A stretch of DNA of 62,650 nucleotides, counting the filler, from Hausera hauseri (taxonomy: Eukaryota), in the NCBI GenBank assembly GCA_046269625.1. It is 10 parts of 10 records of this genome, joined end to end, with 100 filler letters (N's around TTAATTAATTAA, not from the genome) between each part and the next. Parts side by side here need not be neighbours in the genome. Positions count along the whole stretch, not along the records: positions 22,167 to 28,224 come from JBJURY010146979.1; positions 28,325 to 33,489 come from JBJURY010317495.1; positions 33,590 to 38,464 come from JBJURY010406923.1; 7 more parts are not named here. One strand, given 5' to 3'. Shown one piece after another: positions 25,626 through 38,564 of the stretch. The notes under the pieces were generated by a model that saw only the letters and a list, made by a program, of their open reading frames with translations, ran no database searches and was not told the DNA's origin. Both the position numbers and the translations under genes were made by a program. Each line of letters starts with the position of its first letter. Position 1 is the first letter of the stretch.

Positions 25626-28193
25626 TTATAACACGATTTTGCGGCGCATTATGGCCAACAGTCGTTCGCGTTCGAAGGAGCTGGTCATAGGATCGTGCAT
25701 CAGGATATCACTAATGGTCAAATTTCAATAATTATGTGTCTCTGGTCGAATATCTGGTCGTCGCATCAGGATGGAGACTGCCCCATAGGTTCGAGTTAAA
25801 AGCGCAGTTATAAGGGGAGTCTCTTCGTAGGATCCATGAGCATAGTTTACGTCAAATAAGTAGGTTCCATTATCAAATTTTTTATTTAGGAAGGTTTCTA
25901 ATAAGAGGAATCGTTTGAAAACTATTGCATGATGCAATGGTGTACTACGTAATTGAGCTTGGAAAATAGCTTGAAATACTTTGTTGTCGTAGGCATAATC
26001 GAATATCAGGATTGCTAAATTATGTCGACCGTGTCGTATAGCAAGTAGCAAAGGAATATCCCCGTCGATGTTAGGTATATGTAATGGTGCTTGTGATTGG
26101 ATAAGCATAAGTATGAAAAAATCGTGGCACTCACTCATGATGGCTAAGTGAATGATGGTATTTCCATTTGTGTCTTGGAATTTCAATGTTTCAGCAGCTT
26201 TATCGCCTAATTGGGTTATAGCATCCCTAGCTCTTTCTTCGTTTCCGAATGCTACCGCTAGCATTAATGGAGTTGTTCCGGCTTTATTGACTGTTGTATA
26301 TTCTACTGTATCTGTTGGTTCATCCGTACATCCCAACATATACCGTTCTGCTCTTGGAAGAATTTGTTCCTCATGAGTTTCAACATAGGGGTAATATTCT
26401 TCTTCTTTAATGGTCGATAACCATTTTTCGTTACCATAAATTTCAAGATCGTAATCTAGGTTGGTCAGGGGAATTTCGAATGGTCTAGTATAATTGAGTG
26501 TTGGTTCGCGATGGAATATGTTTCTTCTTCCACGTCTACGTTTATACATACATATAGTGATAATCGCCGCCACAATAAGTACAATACTAGTGGGTAACAC
26601 AATTACTATTAATAAGAGTTTATTGTAACTTGACTGGAGTCGTTGTAATGGTTCGATTGATGGTAACATAATATTCAATATTCCATTGTCCTTAGGAGAG
26701 TCAGTAGGTATTCTAAAAACAAATTTTCCTCTTTTCATTATCTCGTTGAGTGTAGGAAATTTGAATAATGAATTTACTCCCTTTCTGAGTGTAGTGACTT
26801 CGAATAGAGCAACTGTTTTTAGTTTTCGTAATGGGTCATAATGAAGCAACTGAATATGAGCTAAATAGGGATAACCTGATATCAATTGAGCACACTCAAC
26901 ATGTGTGTTAGTAATTAGAAAACAGGCGTCATTTGTATTTTCCAATGTAACAATGAAATCAGGGTTTGGCAAACTGAACATTATACGGTCAGATCTTACT
27001 TGTACATAAATGTCTAATGGTTTGAGAGGAATAATCTGGATGCGTTCTGGGGTTTGTCTTATTCCTGCTATTACGTAGGGAATTTGATTATGAACCGAAT
27101 AATGAAAACTGCTCAACCAAAAGGTATTTGGACAAGATGACTGTAGTTGTAGTGTAAGAAGTATCTGTCGATTATCTTGTTTCGTGCATGATATTGGAGG
27201 TCGGGGGCTTGTGACCTCTAAGGTATATAGTTCGTCAATATATCGTTTCGCAGCACATGATAAGGCGTAGCTGACTCGGCTGATTTGAGGTGCTACCACT
27301 AAAATTCCTTTTTCGTTAAATATCTTTGCTCCGATTCGTTTATTATCTTCGATTGAAGGAGCACATGGTATCATTGATGCTTTTCTTTCTATTCCGGTTA
27401 CTGTACGTCGCCATAAACCATTTACGACACGAAACATGGAGAATATTAATGAATATTCTTGGTCAGGTCGTGTAAATATGCAAGTCGATTGATTATGTTC
27501 TCGGGAATAGTGAATATTATTTTGTCCGAGAGTTGTATCAGCATATCGCGTGGTTATTTGCATTACTCTACCTTTTGGAATCTTCCTATCCCATTCGATT
27601 GGTAAACATGGTCGTTTATAGTCGGGTTGCCCTATAAACACTCTTTCTTCTAAGAACGATCTATCAATTTTGGTTAGCTCTTTCTGTTCGGGTGAATGGT
27701 CTGTTAAAGATAATGTAACCGTTTTTGGTCTTAACGGTATCATTATTTTGAATGTTCGATCTTCATGGAGGGGTGAATTCTTATCTTTCGACATGTGTAT
27801 CTGTACTGAATAGACGGTTCCGGGCATAACTTTACAACAATTCTCCCCATACGTGGATGTAGACGTACATAACATTTTTTCTTCCCTATATAGTGTTAAC
27901 GTACTCCAATTTTCGTTCACAGTTTTATTGTTATTTATCCCAATTCGAGGGGTGAATAATTTCAGCGATAAACACCTTCTCGTATGATTATATTGGATAT
28001 ACAGGTTTCCTGGGATAGTTTCTTGAATATCCCATGGTTCTATTTTTGGAATTCTTTTAAAATACTTCATGAAATCTGAAAATGTGTTTAGTGATGTCTG
28101 GTTAAGTAGATTTATTGTTTTTGGCACATTTGCGGCTGGCTGTGTAGATGAATCTGGTATACAACAAACCAATATACTCATTGGTAATAGCAT
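25626..28193 (-). CDS. Type I membrane protein: FN3-like ectodomain, TM helix, cytoplasmic ankyrin repeats (Notch-like architecture); intronless
   Basis: TM LLLIVIVLPTSIVLIVAAIITICM followed by KRRRGRR. About 5-6 ANK repeats (GTTPLMLAV, GNTIIHLAI, GDIPLLLAI, STPLHHAI, ETPLITAL). The frame is open to the contig edge, and after the TGA at 25725 it continues 33 codons to 25626. Confidence 0.8.
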
Positions 28194-28427
28194 TCGATGA
28201 GGTTTTAAATCATGTTTGATTCGTNNNNNNNNNNNNNNNNNNNNNNNNNNNNNNNNNNNNNNNNNNNNTTAATTAATTAANNNNNNNNNNNNNNNNNNNN
28301 NNNNNNNNNNNNNNNNNNNNNNNNAAAAGAAAAGCAACAGCAGCATCATCAGGAGCAGCAATAGCAAAAGGAACAGATACAACAGGAACCCGACATTAAT
28401 GTCAAGTATGATCTGAACAGATCGTAC

Positions 28428-31400
28428 GTGGATATAAAAGCAAACATGTCGGTGGCAAAAACAACAACGCAATTGAGCGATGTTCCGCATAATGTGCGCA
28501 ACTGGTTGGAATCAGAAGTGGAGAAATTCCAACACCACCAACACTACTGCAAAGTGCAATATTATGTACTTGCAGAATTTGAAAACGTTGAAGGTGACAG
28601 AAAACAATGGTACCTGTCACATCGAGCTGTACCATATGCAAATGATTTTATTGCCGACTTAGGCGAAAAGTTTGAGGAGAAAACCGCCAACTACACGGAA
28701 AAACGTAGTGGATGGCGATTTATACGAATTGTCACCCTCGGCTATATCATAACAAAGTCGAGTGACATAATATATTTGTCCGGGCGATCATTCATACCGA
28801 CACATGCAGCTCTGAAGCAGTCACTGGCGGTAGTGAATGTAAAAAATACTAACGATGAATGCTGTTTTCTTTACAGTATTCTGGCGGTATTAAAATATGA
28901 CGAAGTAGACAGACATAATGCATCTCGTCCAAAACAGTATCAGAAATATTTTTCCGAATTGGATTTCGATAAAATCTGGATGCCGATGAAACTGAAATCC
29001 ATTCCGGCTTTTGAACGGCGCAATCCGACACTGGAAATCAACGTGTTTCGGTACAGCACAATCGTAGAAATACCGGAGGATGAAGAAATTTACAAAAGTC
29101 CTCATGTGGATATAATCATTCGTAGTCAAAACCCAAATTGCCGTTCAGTAAATTTGTTGCTACTGGAACGAAAAGAAAAATACCATTACGTTGCAGTGAC
29201 AAATCTGGAAAGATTAATGAACACGAAGTATGACCATTTCCTCCAAAAACGGATACAGTGTAAATTGTGTCCTGTATGTCTTCATGGATTCAGGTCGGAA
29301 ACATGGGCGAAACATGTGACTTTGCGCAGACAAAATTCGTCAGAAACCAAAATGTATGTCATGCCCAAAAAACAGGAACTCAGGTTCACTGATGGGTCAA
29401 AAACAGACAATCCGGCATATGTAGTATATGCCGATATTGAAGCCGATCTACCACTGCACAACATATATGACTAAAAACATGTTCCAATCGCCGTCGGTAT
29501 GTTGGTTGTCCCAATAAAAGCCGCAGGTCAACTTCAATATTATGTTTTCCACGGATGGAATTGTGTAGGCGATTTCTTGCAGCAATTGGAAAAGATAGTG
29601 GAAATGGAAATCGCACTCTGGTACACTAGAAATAGCAATAAACCCTTGATGTTGACAGATGAAGATGAACGCCTGACGTTTGTAGTCACAGATGAATGTT
29701 TCCTGTGTCACAAAATATTACCATTAGGCAAAATGGAACGGCCTGTACCGGATCATGATCACTTTACTGGTCGATATCTCGGAGCAATATGTAATTCATG
29801 CAATTTGGCAAGGCGTATACGGCCATTCTTACGGGTGGTATTTTATAACTTCTGGGGTTATGATTAACACCATATTTTAAATTGGGCAATAAACGGATTT
29901 CCGCACTGGGAACTATCCATAATTTCGACTACGGCGGAGAAATATTTGTCACTGTCTGCTCGTATAAACCGTTTCCAGGTACGCTTCCCTGATTCATTGC
30001 AATTTTTCAATGAATCATTGGCAAAGCTGGCAAATGCCTTGCCAGATGTACCGTTAGCACTGATGCAGTTTCCCGCACATATTGCACGCATCAAAGGCAT
30101 ATTTCCATATGACTTTGCAACATCGTATGAGCTTCTCCGGACAGCAGAGGAACTACCGCCGCGATGGACAGGTATCGCAGAGGATGAATACCGAAAAGCA
30201 CAGAGGTGTTGGACAGAACTCGGTTGTAGAAACATGTTGGATTACATGCTCCAGTATCTTAAACTGGACATGTACTTATTAGCCGATGTGTTCCAAGCAT
30301 TTCGAGAGAAAGCGTTGGCTAATGATAGTATGGAGCCACTCAACTTTTATTCCATACCGGGGATGAGTTGGGCGTCAGCTCTAATGTCACTGGATCAAGA
30401 CATTGAGCTGCTTTAAGGCCCGGAAATTTACCGGCTGTTTGATGTTGGTATTGGCGGTGGCATGCATTTGTCAGCAATCATCACTTCAGTGCTACCGATA
30501 CCACATCACTGCTATATATTGATATTATTAACCTGTATGGTTGGGCGCTTTGCACCCCTTGCCGTACAGTTTATTCGAATGGGTTGTCGACAGACAAGAT
30601 CTGGAAGACATAATGGTTAACCTACCATGAGCAAACATGGCAAGCTCACTCGGATACCTGATGGAGGTCGATCTCGTGGTACCAAATAAGCTGAATGAGG
30701 TTTTGAATGATTTAACAGTCGCACCAATTAACCAATGTCCGCTAGGCTCAAAAGTGAAAAAACTGCTCATGACGCATGAACCGAAGCTGAATTACGTGGT
30801 CCATTGGCGTCTGCAGCACCTCTGTGTTCGCGTCACACAGCTGCATCGTTCAATCCAATTTGCTCAGGCTACCATATTCAAGGCGTACATAGATGGAAAT
30901 TCGGAGGAACGATCTGCAGCTTTCACAAAGTTCGAAAACGACTACTACAAGCTGAAAAACAATTCTCTGTACGGAGAATCTGAAAAGCGGCTCAATGTAA
31001 GCCTATGCAATAGCGAAAAGCGGTTGGTCACGTACATTAGCAAGGCACAGTTTAGGTGGTCAATGCACATTGCCGATGGATTAGTTGCGGTGCTGTTAAA
31101 CACAGAAGAAGTCGTTCTGGACAGGCCAAGTTACATCGGACAAGTGGTATTGGACCTGAGGAAGTTTCGGATGTATGAGCTACAATATCGCTATTTGGCA
31201 CGTTACCGGCAAATGTTTGACGGCTGTGACATTAGTATAATTGCCAGTTACACAGACAGTTTTTTACTGCGGCTGAAAAAAGTCAATCGCGAACAGCTAC
31301 TACAGCTAATGTCCAACTATCCACCGGATCATCCGTTGTACAGCCACGCGATCACTAACAAAATCGGCTGCTTCAAGGATGAAAGTGAAGGCAGGGTTCA

Positions 31401-31709
31401 GAATGCTAATGGATATTCCTACGCCCAAAGTGCTACACTCCTCTGAGGGAGTGTGGACCAAAAATGTGGGCAAAAGGAGTCCAGCTGAGTCAGACGGAAA
31501 TCGACCACTGTGATTATCGCCGTATATATGAAGAAGCGAGAGAAGAAGGACAATCAGTGGATGTTGTACCTCAAACAATCATCCGATCAATTGAACACCA
31601 TCTGTACGTGATAAGTAGTGCGAAAGTCGCTTTGTCATGTAACAATGATACGCGAAAGTGGATGGTGCAAAATAAGAGTTGGGCGTATGGACATTGGCGT
31701 CTGAAATAA
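28428..31709 (+). mobile_element. polB: Polinton/Maverick protein-primed family-B DNA polymerase, fragmented
   Basis: SGW..GRSFIP..VVNVKN..CFLYS; YADIEA; endonuclease VII insert DHDHFTG..CNSCN; KGIFPYD; YIDI.NLYGWA; KLKNNSLYG; (Y)TDS; YGHWRL end. Confidence 0.92.
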
Positions 31710-31801
31710 AAGCACGTCCAAACAATCAGTGCTCTGTCGGTTCAGAAAAATTAGTTCAGTTCAGTTCAGTTACTGACAATCATTGACAATTATCCGATGT
31801 A

Positions 31802-33247
31802 AGTAGTGTGAATATGGCGGTTCTATACCACTTCCGAAGAGAATGTCCATTCGGTCCCATCCGGGGGAGGGAATAATCAATAAATATGTTTTGCACATGT
31901 GCAGATCAATAATGCACACTGTGCACTATTAATCCAAAAAGTGCCTAGTAACGGTGTCGTTAGGCACCGCTGCTATGCACATTTTTGCACGTTCACACAT
32001 CGATCGCTGCACAGTGCAGTATTGATCGAATCGATCTGCACTTTGTGCTAATCGATAATGCACATCAATGCACATCGACTGGTGCAAGTGAAGTGTGCAG
32101 CACATGTGCAAGTGTGCAAAAATCAATAATATTGGATTTCCGATGTTTCAAAAAGTGCTGATTAGCACTCGGCAGCGGGTGAATTCGGTAGTGCACACGA
32201 CGGGCTATGTGAATGTGCAGTTAAAATTTAAATCGATTGATTGGTTTTTGAATAATTCCAATTGGTGTCGAACCGCCAGAGGCCTTTCCGCTATAAATTT
32301 TAAATCAATGATATGAATATGGCACATATACTGGCGTATGCAGTACCTGATGTAGTATCGAATAATGCACAAAACGAGATTGGTGTGTTTATTTATCGGT
32401 GTGCAGGAGCACTTTTTCACTTTGCGCACTTTTCCATTTGGTCAGCGTAGGATTGATGGAATTGATCAGGGTCAAGTGTAGTTAGATAGAGAACATCAAG
32501 ATGCACCTTCACGGGCGGGCTGCAGTGCAAAAATATGTGTGGAAGTGTGCAAAAATCAATAATATCGAATTTCCGATATTTCCAATATGAATGATTAGCA
32601 CTCGGGACCGGGTGCATTCGAACACAAACATTATGTTGTATATGAATGTGCAGTTAGAATTGAAATTTATTGATTACATATTGATTAATATTGATCGAAA
32701 GTACAAACTGGCTATATTTTCAACACGTTTCTTAAGCCTAGGGAAGCAAAATTCGATCCAACATGAACAAAGACAGATAGGAAATAGAGTATGGAGAACT
32801 CGAATCTCGAGTTGAAAGTTCGAAATTCGAAGATTTTCGAACTTGAATATCGAAGTTCAAACTATTCGAAAAATCTAACGACAGAAATCGATTCCCAATA
32901 TTCGAAAACCCTCATGTACATAAAAATTATATCATGGAAAATGTACTATATAGATACAAAAGCAATATTTCGAATTAATCAAAATGTGCATTTAGAGCGC
33001 AGTGAAGCGGAAATCAATAAATCTAATAGCGAGGCGGGATAAAAAGCCATGTATGCCGATTGCGAATGTGATATTAGATATTCGAATTCGAGCTTACAAG
33101 TCGAATACTTGACTATTCGAACTCGAAAACTCGGTTAAGCGTGCATTATTCAAAGAATGTGATAGCGTCCATCGATTGGGCATATATGAAAACCTATTCA
33201 AATCTGGCGCGCGTGATATTTTAAATCACTTGATGCATTAAAACAAA
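31802..33247 (+). repeat. Second copy of the Polinton-type terminal repeat, starting AGTAGTGTG
   Basis: Inverted homolog of 147-1550 with the same TGCACA-rich and TTCGAA-rich subdomains. Confidence 0.7.
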
Positions 33248-35152
33248 CAAGCGATAAGTGCGTGATAAGTTCATTCATTTGATGCATTAAGACAAATGTA
33301 CATTATGTTGATAATACAACAAATTGGCAAAAACATGCAGTGCCAAATGTACCCCGCCATTAAAATTATTTCCTTACATGTGTTTTTGTTTTACTGCATC
33401 AAAAAATTATTTCCACACGTGTTTTTTTTTGTTTTGCTGCATCAATTATTAAAATTAGACGGTGCGTGCTGACAGCTATATTTTTCATTNNNNNNNNNNN
33501 NNNNNNNNNNNNNNNNNNNNNNNNNNNNNNNNNTTAATTAATTAANNNNNNNNNNNNNNNNNNNNNNNNNNNNNNNNNNNNNNNNNNNNTATATATATAG
33601 AACTTATTGAAGAAAATGTCGAGTCTCATGTTGCAATCGATTGTCGGAACGAATGTTTAGGAAATGACCATTAAAATTTTTTCCAAATTCAAGAAAACGT
33701 ATTCATATAATTCACTTGTATATTATTAATAAGCATAAAATTTCGTATTTGTGTATAACTAATTTTCATGAAAGCATGTCAAGCGGTAAAGGCCCTTTTG
33801 ATGTTAGGAACTTTTTAACCTTGTAAAATTATAGATATGGGATTGCTGTCTGATTAGCATCATCTTCACCATTAAAAGCCACTCATTGGCCTAGTGAACC
33901 TCTTTTCTCTACATTTAATTGTGTCACCATTCTATTGCTTTCAAATATTCAACATTCCAAATTTGGTTGATAGTATAATTGCTTTAATATGAACCAGAAG
34001 AATCAATGTTTACGCAAAACATAATCCACAATTTCTCATGATACGCCCAAAATTATATTGCAAGTTCTCTCACATTTATTCTTTATTCTAAACTGTTCAA
34101 AACATCATAAGAATCGTATATAAGAACCTCAGTTTGTCAAATACCTTTTCATCACTCTTAATAAAACTTTTAGATTTATAATTTGATATTTTTGACCTCT
34201 TTTTAATAGACTATACAAATTAATTATTCTTATAGAAACACGCCCTTTGAGAAAATCGAGATAATTCAATACACGAGCTTAATAGAAACGAAAAATATAT
34301 TGATAGTCAAATTAATAAATGATGATGAATAATTTTAAAGATAAAATAAAAACTATAAAACAATATGATTATATAAAATTCATTGAAAAAAGTTAAAGTT
34401 CTTGATACCACTTATGTTTGGGTTCAGCGCACAAACGAATTTAAACACTGAATACTCCAAACAAACCATATGGAACAAAATAACAGGGGAAACACACAAA
34501 TATCACCACAAGTGGACAAATATTTACTCATTATTAATTTCAGCACTTAATCAGCACTTAAATGTAATGTTGAACTAATGAAAGGTACATATTAACATTT
34601 TATAAAGGCACTAATTTTTGCATTAATATTTTATTATTAAATTATTTTTTAACAAGCTTAAAAGTCCTTAGATGTTAGTGAATAACCCCTTACAAGGAAA
34701 CGAATTTACTGAAATTTTTGGTTTTTATAATTAATCAGAGAGACGTGCAAAATATAATGCTGATTAATAATATGAAAAAAATTTCATCGAGGAAGACAAA
34801 ATAACGCATATGGAGCTTTTAAATGTGACGGCATTTTGCACTTGTTCCAATCTCCCCTATATGTTGATGGATTGTGAACTTGAACAAAATTGTCATTACT
34901 TTTCTCGAACTATTATTCTTTTAACATTCTGTTTATCATGTTTTTTTGATTTTCTGCGGAAATAAAAAAATAATCACCGAGTAGAGTCTGTGGTCAAGCA
35001 TGTCAATATCCAAAATGTATACACGGGAGTAGGGGGAAGGGAGGACATGAAGACAATATAAATTTCCTATCTCGAGACCCCCAGGATTGGAAATCAATAA
35101 TCAATATTTTTATATGGGAAAAATTTTGAAATCGATATTTTTTTGTGATCAA

Positions 35153-35293
35153 TTGGCCTCATCGGGGTTTCACTATTCCTACCCATTCCAAAAATCAATA
35201 CAGTATATAGGGAAAATTGACCTTATCGTGGTTTCACTATTCCCACCCCAAAAAATTAATTGGCCTCGTCGTGGTTGCACTATTCCCACCCCC
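35153..35293. repeat. Three ~32-bp imperfect direct repeats (TTGGCCTCATCGTGGTTTCACTATTCCCACCC-like)
   Basis: Copies at ~35153, ~35217 and ~35260 with unequal spacing. Confidence 0.7.
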
Positions 35294-36416
35294 ACTTTGT
35301 TTAAATTTTGCAAAGTTGATATAAATACGTCTGTGTAACTTGTGAAAAAATTTGTCACTATGACAAACATAAGACAAAGAAGTCTGTACAAATATTTATT
35401 AATATAACATATGCAAGCAATCAAATAATTACACATTTGTACAATAATGTCCATATGCGACACTTTTGTTTTTTGATATCTATTGTCGTTTGTCGTCAAA
35501 TGGATCTAGCGCTTTCTTTTTGGTACTGATTGTCATCAGTTGATGATTCTTTGTCCCAATCCGTTCTTGATCAACAAGTGCCCCACATAGAAGTTAAACT
35601 CAAGACAAAAGAAACTAATGATACTAAAGAAGTGAGGAAGTTGAAAGAAGAAAGATGGGGGATGGAAGGAGAAATCAAAGCGTTGAAGTTACAGAACGCA
35701 CATTTCAGTTACGTATAGAAGCGCAGGCCAAAGAAATATATAGTATATTAAGAATGCAAATCGTTTGAGGATAGATGCTGAATGTCAGACGGAAAGGAAA
35801 GTATCAATATCGTCTTTTGTTAGTATTTCGAAATTGGTCGAAGTAAGAAATAAGGATGTGTGTGTAAACAATAATTTTTTTCCCATATTGTGGAGGTAGA
35901 AATGAGTTCAGTGTTCAGACAGATAAGGTGTGTGTAAATGACAAATGGAATCAAGCAGGTTCATGCATTTCAAAGGAGATGGGTGTTGAAACAGAAGGAA
36001 TTACCAACAAATCAAAGGAGATGGGGATTTAAACAGAAGAAATGAAGATGAAATCCAAGGGCAATGTGTATAATAAATGTAAATTTATAATAAAAAATTA
36101 TTATAATTAGATTTATTTTGTATATAGTATTGTTAATAAAGCTTTTTATGTTGTTCTGTATTTTCTTTAGTGTATCAAAATTATTTAGTTTCGTGAGTTA
36201 TAATGAAGTTAAAGTAAAGTATGTAGGTCTATAGAATAATACGCTGTAATAATATCCCTACTCAGTAGCTATTACTTAAACCAAAAATCAGCCCAAAATG
36301 TTGTTTGCATGCAGAGATATTCATGATTTGTGTGTTATAACATAAAATCCCTATTTCTGATTGAAAATAACAACAAATGAAGACATAATTTCATAACAAA
36401 ACACATTTGTACAACA

Positions 36417-36759
36417 TTACATATATTGGCTTATAAGCCATTCTATACAGTAATTTCCACACAACTTAGTCAATGGATTTTGATACATAATGTTATTATA
36501 TAACACTGGAGTAGACATTAGTTCTATTTTCGACACCAAAGCAGCAGGGTAGTACATTCCCAGCGGGTCGAAGACACGAATAATATCTGATCTGACATCG
36601 ATAGCTATCCAATATTCACCTGGCAGATTCTCAGTATGAGTATTTACAACATATTCACCTTCTTTAAGAAAATCTGGCAACTGCTCCAACGAATAAAAAC
36701 CTCTAAATCGGTTTCCCAACTGTCTTTTCAGCTCACTATGTATCTAAAATGTACTACAT
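36417..36759 (-). CDS. Polinton adenain-like (C5) maturation protease; catalytic His replaced by Tyr
   Basis: YVVNT..PGE(Y)WIAI..FDPLG..YQNP..LCGNYC. Confidence 0.85.
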
Positions 36760-36833
36760 TAATTACGATATTATGATCAAAACAATAAATTACTTTATTT
36801 CACTGCCACAACCACTGCTGTATCTATAGTTGT

Positions 36834-38051
36834 TTATATGAATACTTGACCGATTTTACTTATTTGAATTTCCGAATCAAATAAGCCGTATGCAATTAAA
36901 GTTATTGGAACATCAGGGGCTTTGCTAAATCGTATATCTAGCTTCAAATTCCCTGTTTTTGGTAATTGTGGTTGTTCAATACAGAAATCCGGTGAAATGG
37001 ATATCGCGAATTAAAATCGCTGAGTGTTATACCATTATTTTGATTCGAATTTAGAAATCCTAAGTTTCGTATAATTGACTGCACACATGCTTCCGTGTAA
37101 TCATTCTTCTCAAAATCCGTAGTGTATGTTTCACGATAATCCATATTTCGTGTTAATGTTATAGATTTTACATTTTTGTGAACAAAAGCCGAACAATACT
37201 TCGAGTAATCACCATTGATTTGTAATGTTTCCATGAATGCTACCAGGACAAATTTCGGAAGTCTTTCATCGGAGAACAGATTGACCTTATATTCATACAC
37301 CGAGCCCTTTCCGACTGAATATGTGACAACTCTGGATTTCCGAATTGGGTGAGTTGCATTTTGCTTTTCAAGCCCTAATCGATGACCCACTAAAACTGAC
37401 TGTTCAACCTTTACACGTCGAACTATTAACTTGATTTCTTGTAAATATATTTCAAGGTTAATCTTTCTTATAGCAGGTTCCACATATTTTAGAATTACAT
37501 TACTTGGATTTCTTGTTAATTTTATATTAACATTAACACCAGGAATCAAATACTTTGGCTGATTAAAGAAATCAAAATTTAATGGACCACAGAGAAATAA
37601 TACTGGTTTTCTCAGTCCATTTCTTTCCATCTGCTTCTTTTCCCCATCCAATACACTGCAAAAATGTTGACTCTGTATCAGCACTGAAATTCAAACAACT
37701 TTCAATTACAGCTTTTACAGTATATTTATCATTTCTATCTTCCACCTTTATATTATTTAATGATAACACTGCCTCTTTGAATAATGTATACAGCAAGTAA
37801 TTACTTGATGTTACATCAATTCCTTCCGCTATATCTGTTCCATCAGCTTTTGTCACTTTGATTTTTACACACAGTAAAATATCATTTAAGTCCTAGTATT
37901 CTGTTTCCGGACCATTTATGTTAAATTCAATTGTATTAATATTGGAAATTGAATCTTTTGGATAAAATGTTTCAAATGTAGATGCATCTACAACAACTTG
38001 TGGTACTGCATGATCAAAAATGCACAGTTCCGATTTTGCACTAAATGCCAT
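36834..38051 (-). pseudogene. Polinton double-jelly-roll major capsid protein (PY), with stop and frameshifts
   Basis: MAFSAKSELCIF..FYP..IEFNI..EY*DL; L.FDFFNQPKYLIPGVNVNIKLTR; RLPKFVLVAF; GNLKLDIRF..LIAYG.FDSEIQI. Confidence 0.88.
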
Positions 38052-38464
38052 TATTCATCAAAAATGGTTACTTTATGGCATTTGTTTATAGTTGTTTCTT
38101 TCTTACGTTTATGTCCGCCAGAAGACCTGCTTAAATTAAACCTGATTAATCTACGCATGATTGGACTGGGACTGGGACTGCTTGATCGACTACTGCTTGA
38201 TAAACTACTGCTTATAGTAGGTCTATTTAAACTATGAAATCTAGACATATGACTTCCAGCAACACCAATTTGGTTCCTACGCCTTCTTCTAACACCACCA
38301 CCACCTTGATTATCAACAATCTCTTTCATTGTGTCAATAGCATGTTTCTTTATATCAGGTACTGTACTTAACATATTTTCTTTTATTGCTTCTTTTATAG
38401 GTTTCTTGTTAAATAATGCATCCTTTGCAGTTCGCATCGCAGCTGAACCTAAACTTTTAGCTAC
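38051..38464 (-). CDS. Polinton basic core/pVII-like protein, 5'-truncated
   Basis: NQGGGG followed by an Arg/Ser-rich tail. Lies directly upstream of MCP with a TAATG stop-start overlap. Confidence 0.6.
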   Translation of the reverse strand, partial: VAKSLGSAAMRTAKDALFNKKPIKEAIKENMLSTVPDIKKHAIDTMKEIVDNQGGGGVRRRRRNQIGVAGSHMSRFHSLNRPTISSSLSSSSRSSSPSPSPIMRRLIRFNLSRSSGGHKRKKETTINKCHKVTIFDE

Positions 38465-38564
38465 NNNNNNNNNNNNNNNNNNNNNNNNNNNNNNNNNNNN
38501 NNNNNNNNTTAATTAATTAANNNNNNNNNNNNNNNNNNNNNNNNNNNNNNNNNNNNNNNNNNNN

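Noticed and set aside
33780-34150. Coding-looking minus-strand remnant in the AT-rich region
   Set aside because: Too degraded to assign to any family.
35153-35293. CRISPR-like repeat-spacer pattern
   Set aside because: Only three degenerate repeats with very unequal spacers (~30 vs ~10 nt), no cas genes, and a eukaryotic context.
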